Source of the DNA: Rhodobacterales bacterium
GTDB taxonomy: Bacteria > Pseudomonadota > Alphaproteobacteria > Rhodobacterales > CAZPXZ01
Length of the DNA stretch: 64,000 bases
Direction of reading: 5' to 3'
Assembly: GCA_965217995.1 (NCBI GenBank)
Contig: CBDCKB010000004.1
Span: 643,788 to 707,787, forward strand
Position 1 is the first letter of the stretch. Every line of letters begins with the position of its first letter. The translations under genes and the position numbers were made by a program. The notes beneath the pieces are model-generated. The model did not search any database. It saw only the letters and a program-made list of their open reading frames with translations, and was not told where the DNA came from. Of this stretch, positions 63,301 through 64,000 are shown in pieces.

Positions 63301-64000
63301 TTGTGGATGCCACGGGCACGGCGGCCAGTGCCATACCCGGCGTGGGTTTTGCTCTGGCCACCCGCATCCTCAGCGGCACGCCGACCACGACCGGGACGCA
63401 TGTGCTGACCTACACCGCCACGGATGAGGGGGGAAATGCCGTCACGCTGACTCCTACTGTCCTAATATTAGGGCCGGAGCTCACCACCACCGTTGAGCTC
63501 ATAGACAGGGAATTTGCAGTCGGCGCGGCGATCACCGCCGTAACTCTGGATGTAGCCACCGTAAATGATGTCACCGGCCTAGGGCTAGCACCCGTGGCCC
63601 TTACCGGTAGCACGGCGGCTAACTACACATTGCAGGATTTTGCCGGTCTGGATGTGGATGGCACGGCGGCCAGTGCCGTGCCCGGCCTGAGCTTTGACGG
63701 GGCCGTTAGCGGCACCACCCCGGCCCCCCGCATTCTCTCCGGCACGCCGACCACGCTCGGGACCTACCCGCTGGTCTACGGGGTCACGGACGGGGACGGA
63801 AACGGCGGCACAGTGACCTTTACCGTGTTCGTGACCGGGCCGATACTCGCGGCTGAGGCGGACGCTGTCTATACGGCGGGCGAGACGGTCTCCAGGACAT
63901 TGGCGGAGGCCCCCACCAGCAGCGGGACGCTGGCTTATGCGCTGACGGGCCCCGAGGAAGTGACCGTGGGCAGCGTATTGCCTGGCCTGAGCTTTGCTGC
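57336..64000 (+). CDS. giant secreted repeat protein with tandem cadherin-like / He_PIG (putative Ig) domains; adhesin-like. 5' partial: at least 2221 codons, continues past the window.
   Basis: Not in the ORF track (no stop before the window end). I checked the reading frame (codon starts at positions divisible by 3) at the start, at 58.3 kb and at 63.96 kb. GGAG RBS. N-terminus MKISGCMCRFGSAVLRLPMAGFLSLFLAGLVFDGLNSEAEA|QS. Recurring unit ...TYTLTGPDEAAL...LPGLSFDxxTRxLSGTPTxxGTxxLTYTATD..GN...TFTVTVTG. Confidence 0.85.
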   Translation, partial: MKISGCMCRFGSAVLRLPMAGFLSLFLAGLVFDGLNSEAEAQSGPRFSSSSDIYLYFSDNTEISTTLAEAIGGRAPLLYEFEHGRTSGGVTTNTDTGLVFTQATRVLSGRTLLQGVYRVPYFVTDANGNFTSIDYVVTICTTGGSISGRGFCSAPTFVTPGFLSPVVDHVYSLNTPVSETLPRPFGGTGTTSGRIYVSLQGQRPLRDRDAPTLSGGRERNGEILYSSTDYALPEGLTYTNSARRTFSGTPTATGSVNLRYSAIDQASGEASRFPFTLTVVDGPSFHPSAQVAAQEYDAGTDIGTVSLGEASSAGSETFTYSLTGPDRAALDTTVPGLSFDADTRALSGTPTAAGTFVLTYTATQASSSPVTQTFTVTVTGLEITALDDQSYEAGSQISALLLPAGSGGIGTPTYTLEGPDEAALGTALPGLVFDPATRVLSGTPTTTGTTVLTYTARQDDPSLATRTFTVTVTGPVLTAGAPYGFVAGTPSSFTLAAATGVGNIPAVTYTLTGPDEAALSELPVLAGLSFDPRGRILSGTPTTAGFALLTYTATDKNGNTGTAVLFVFVSGPFFDAVATQVYMSGVEGTVTLPDVNPAGGTTGLTFSLESSTGEDVGTALPGLSFDADTRVLSGTPTTTGLTEMVYSVADGNVVDEDGNTNTYSQNFFVSVTVGLTLGAVADQTFEAGNVITSITLPAASQFAGTLTYSLTGLNEEGLEEDLSELPALADLSFDPATRVLSGTPTTAGTTVLTYTATDTVTNPDDPGATSVMTSVMSVFTVIVTGPILMEVADQTYSVGTPAMTGTPAAELTLPAATGVGNLLAVTYSLTGPNGEDLDELLPGLGFNPQSRILSGTPTASGVALLTYTATDANDNTGMTTFFVEVTGVILATATDRAYTVGTPTTTGTAAANSLAFPAATGVLDTEQVSYELSGEVPGMVYNQGDRTLAGTPTQAGTYVLTHTATDNRYGSTGSQTYTVVVTGWTLGAGHGDFINPLIGADVVSSALPAATGTGTNVTLTYTLTGPGGAALSTVVPDLVFDPVARTFAGTLTAVTRLPSGAPGIVVLTYVAADNYGNSIVQTFPVRVSSNVVIAEFAAGSHTYPIGVPIGTDTFFADMPEELVGIRLPAATGGDNPVLTYRIEDRTGRRMSANQPEAGRTTFAVVPGLILFGDRILSGTPTQAGTYALTYIAEDNFGNPASRAFTLIVTEGLSFVGGATQANVAENIGTPITAITLPEAATVGSQTYLYTLTDAEGLNVDDTENAVPGLVFAPGTRILTGDPTRAGAFTLTYTATDESDSENTATLTFIMTVRSGPTLAVVADIPVTIGTPAVDTTLPEGDGGIVEPVADHTYTLTDAEGLNVDATDNAVPGLVFDPTTRILSGDVTRTGAYTLTYTFTDAGENSVTTAVSVTVTGGPTLIALTAISVNAGTAITTTELPAAAGGLADPVADHTYTLTDAEGVNVDATDNAVPGLTFTPADRMLTGAPTQTGTYALTYTFTDGGGNTAVRGLDVTVAGGPTLAAVGDRTFTVGLSESGVGVSLGPATGGFAPLVYAVETSDGVALSDHTQENRPTSVIPGIGFQSDPTNAIAPLALVGIPQAIGTHVLIYSVTDAGGNTAAQTFTLTVTGPTLAAVADITDAVTGTAITATTLPEAVGQGTDGDFATATFIYTVTDSAGEAVDTAAPGLVFNSDRATRELSGTPTRAGVFILTYTATDRGGNAVTQTFTVTVAGPTLAAVTDPAAYPVASTTITPFALPAATGFSGTLTHTVVDYAGVALATAVPGLALDETNTPPEITGTPTQIGTFPLIYTVTDGVDTRQRFFTLTVSGPMFTRVKATGDDLSLTVGTAIPTAGVPSGGFSAAAAGAIATTTFTLQDAEGLDVDATATDNAIPGLTFTDTTRVLTGTPETAGTYVLTYTLTDGNADTSVQTFTVTVAGGPTFASGASISNRSFAAGGAFNEAAYPAVESSGPFGAVTYALADAEGVVVDATGTAASAIPGVGFALATRILSGTPTTTGTHVLTYTATDEGGNAVTLTPTVLILGPELTTTVELIDREFAVGAAITAVTLDVATVNDVTGLGLAPVALTGSTAANYTLQDFAGLDVDGTAASAVPGLSFDGAVSGTTPAPRILSGTPTTLGTYPLVYGVTDGDGNGGTVTFTVFVTGPILAAEADAVYTAGETVSRTLAEAPTSSGTLAYALTGPEEVTVGSVLPGLSFA
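57640..64000 (+). repeat. about 20 tandem coding repeats of about 290-320 bp inside the giant ORF
   Basis: The L(S/T)GTPT-encoding core (ctctccggcacgccgac and variants) recurs near 57650, 58071, 58371, 58650, 58941, 59230, 59555, 59891, 60175, 60475, 60860, 61165, 61480, 61785, 62130, 62435, 62735, 63050, 63370 and 63740. Confidence 0.85.

Noticed and set aside
57948-63613. Numerous minus-strand ORFs (e.g. 57948..58709, 59913..60797, 62211..62645, 62982..63401) in the last 6 kb
   Set aside because: They are antisense reflections of the tandem repeats in the single long plus-strand frame. Their translations are R/G/P-rich and repeat with the same period.

Overview
This is a high-GC, alphaproteobacterial-type chromosomal segment. 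The conserved backbone is densely packed and often translationally coupled (ATGA, GTGA and TAATG junctions).

Backbone genes:
- Heat-shock regulon: hrcA-grpE, dnaK-dnaJ(-dapB), and groES-groEL with a CIRCE operator.
- Four DAP-pathway genes: dapB, dapD, dapE, dapF.
- mutS, nth, acnA, ccmAB and ccmCD, hemW, rdgB, ribF, mtaB.
- A LolA-like/MMPL/beta-barrel envelope operon.

The backbone is interrupted by visibly AT-richer accessory patches:
1. About 25.3-36.7 kb, between dapD and acnA. It carries a DUF5131 (Gp37/Gp68) protein, an HNH endonuclease, a degraded IS481-like transposase, a RidA-MATE-acyltransferase operon, a RES/Xre toxin-antitoxin pair, a roughly 250-bp array of seven palindromic repeat units that fills the space up to a class-II Fic gene, a GmrSD-like DUF262/His-Me nuclease, and a small orphan ORF.
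2. About 46.25-52.7 kb, between the groESL promoter and an MscS-family gene. It carries three degraded copies of one rve-type transposase and an Rpn (YhgA-like) nuclease gene. A head-to-tail partial duplication there creates a free-standing Rpn C-terminal ORF. An HTH-ImmA/IrrE plus PIN_3 two-gene cassette is bracketed by the IS remnants.
3. A three-gene wedge between rdgB and hemW.

The last 6.7 kb is one open reading frame that the ORF track misses because it has no stop in the window. It encodes a giant secreted protein with about 20 tandem cadherin/He_PIG-like repeats, preceded by about 0.9 kb with no credible gene.

I found no rRNA, tRNA or CRISPR array that I could support. All calls rest on reading the sequence and the translations; no database search was possible.
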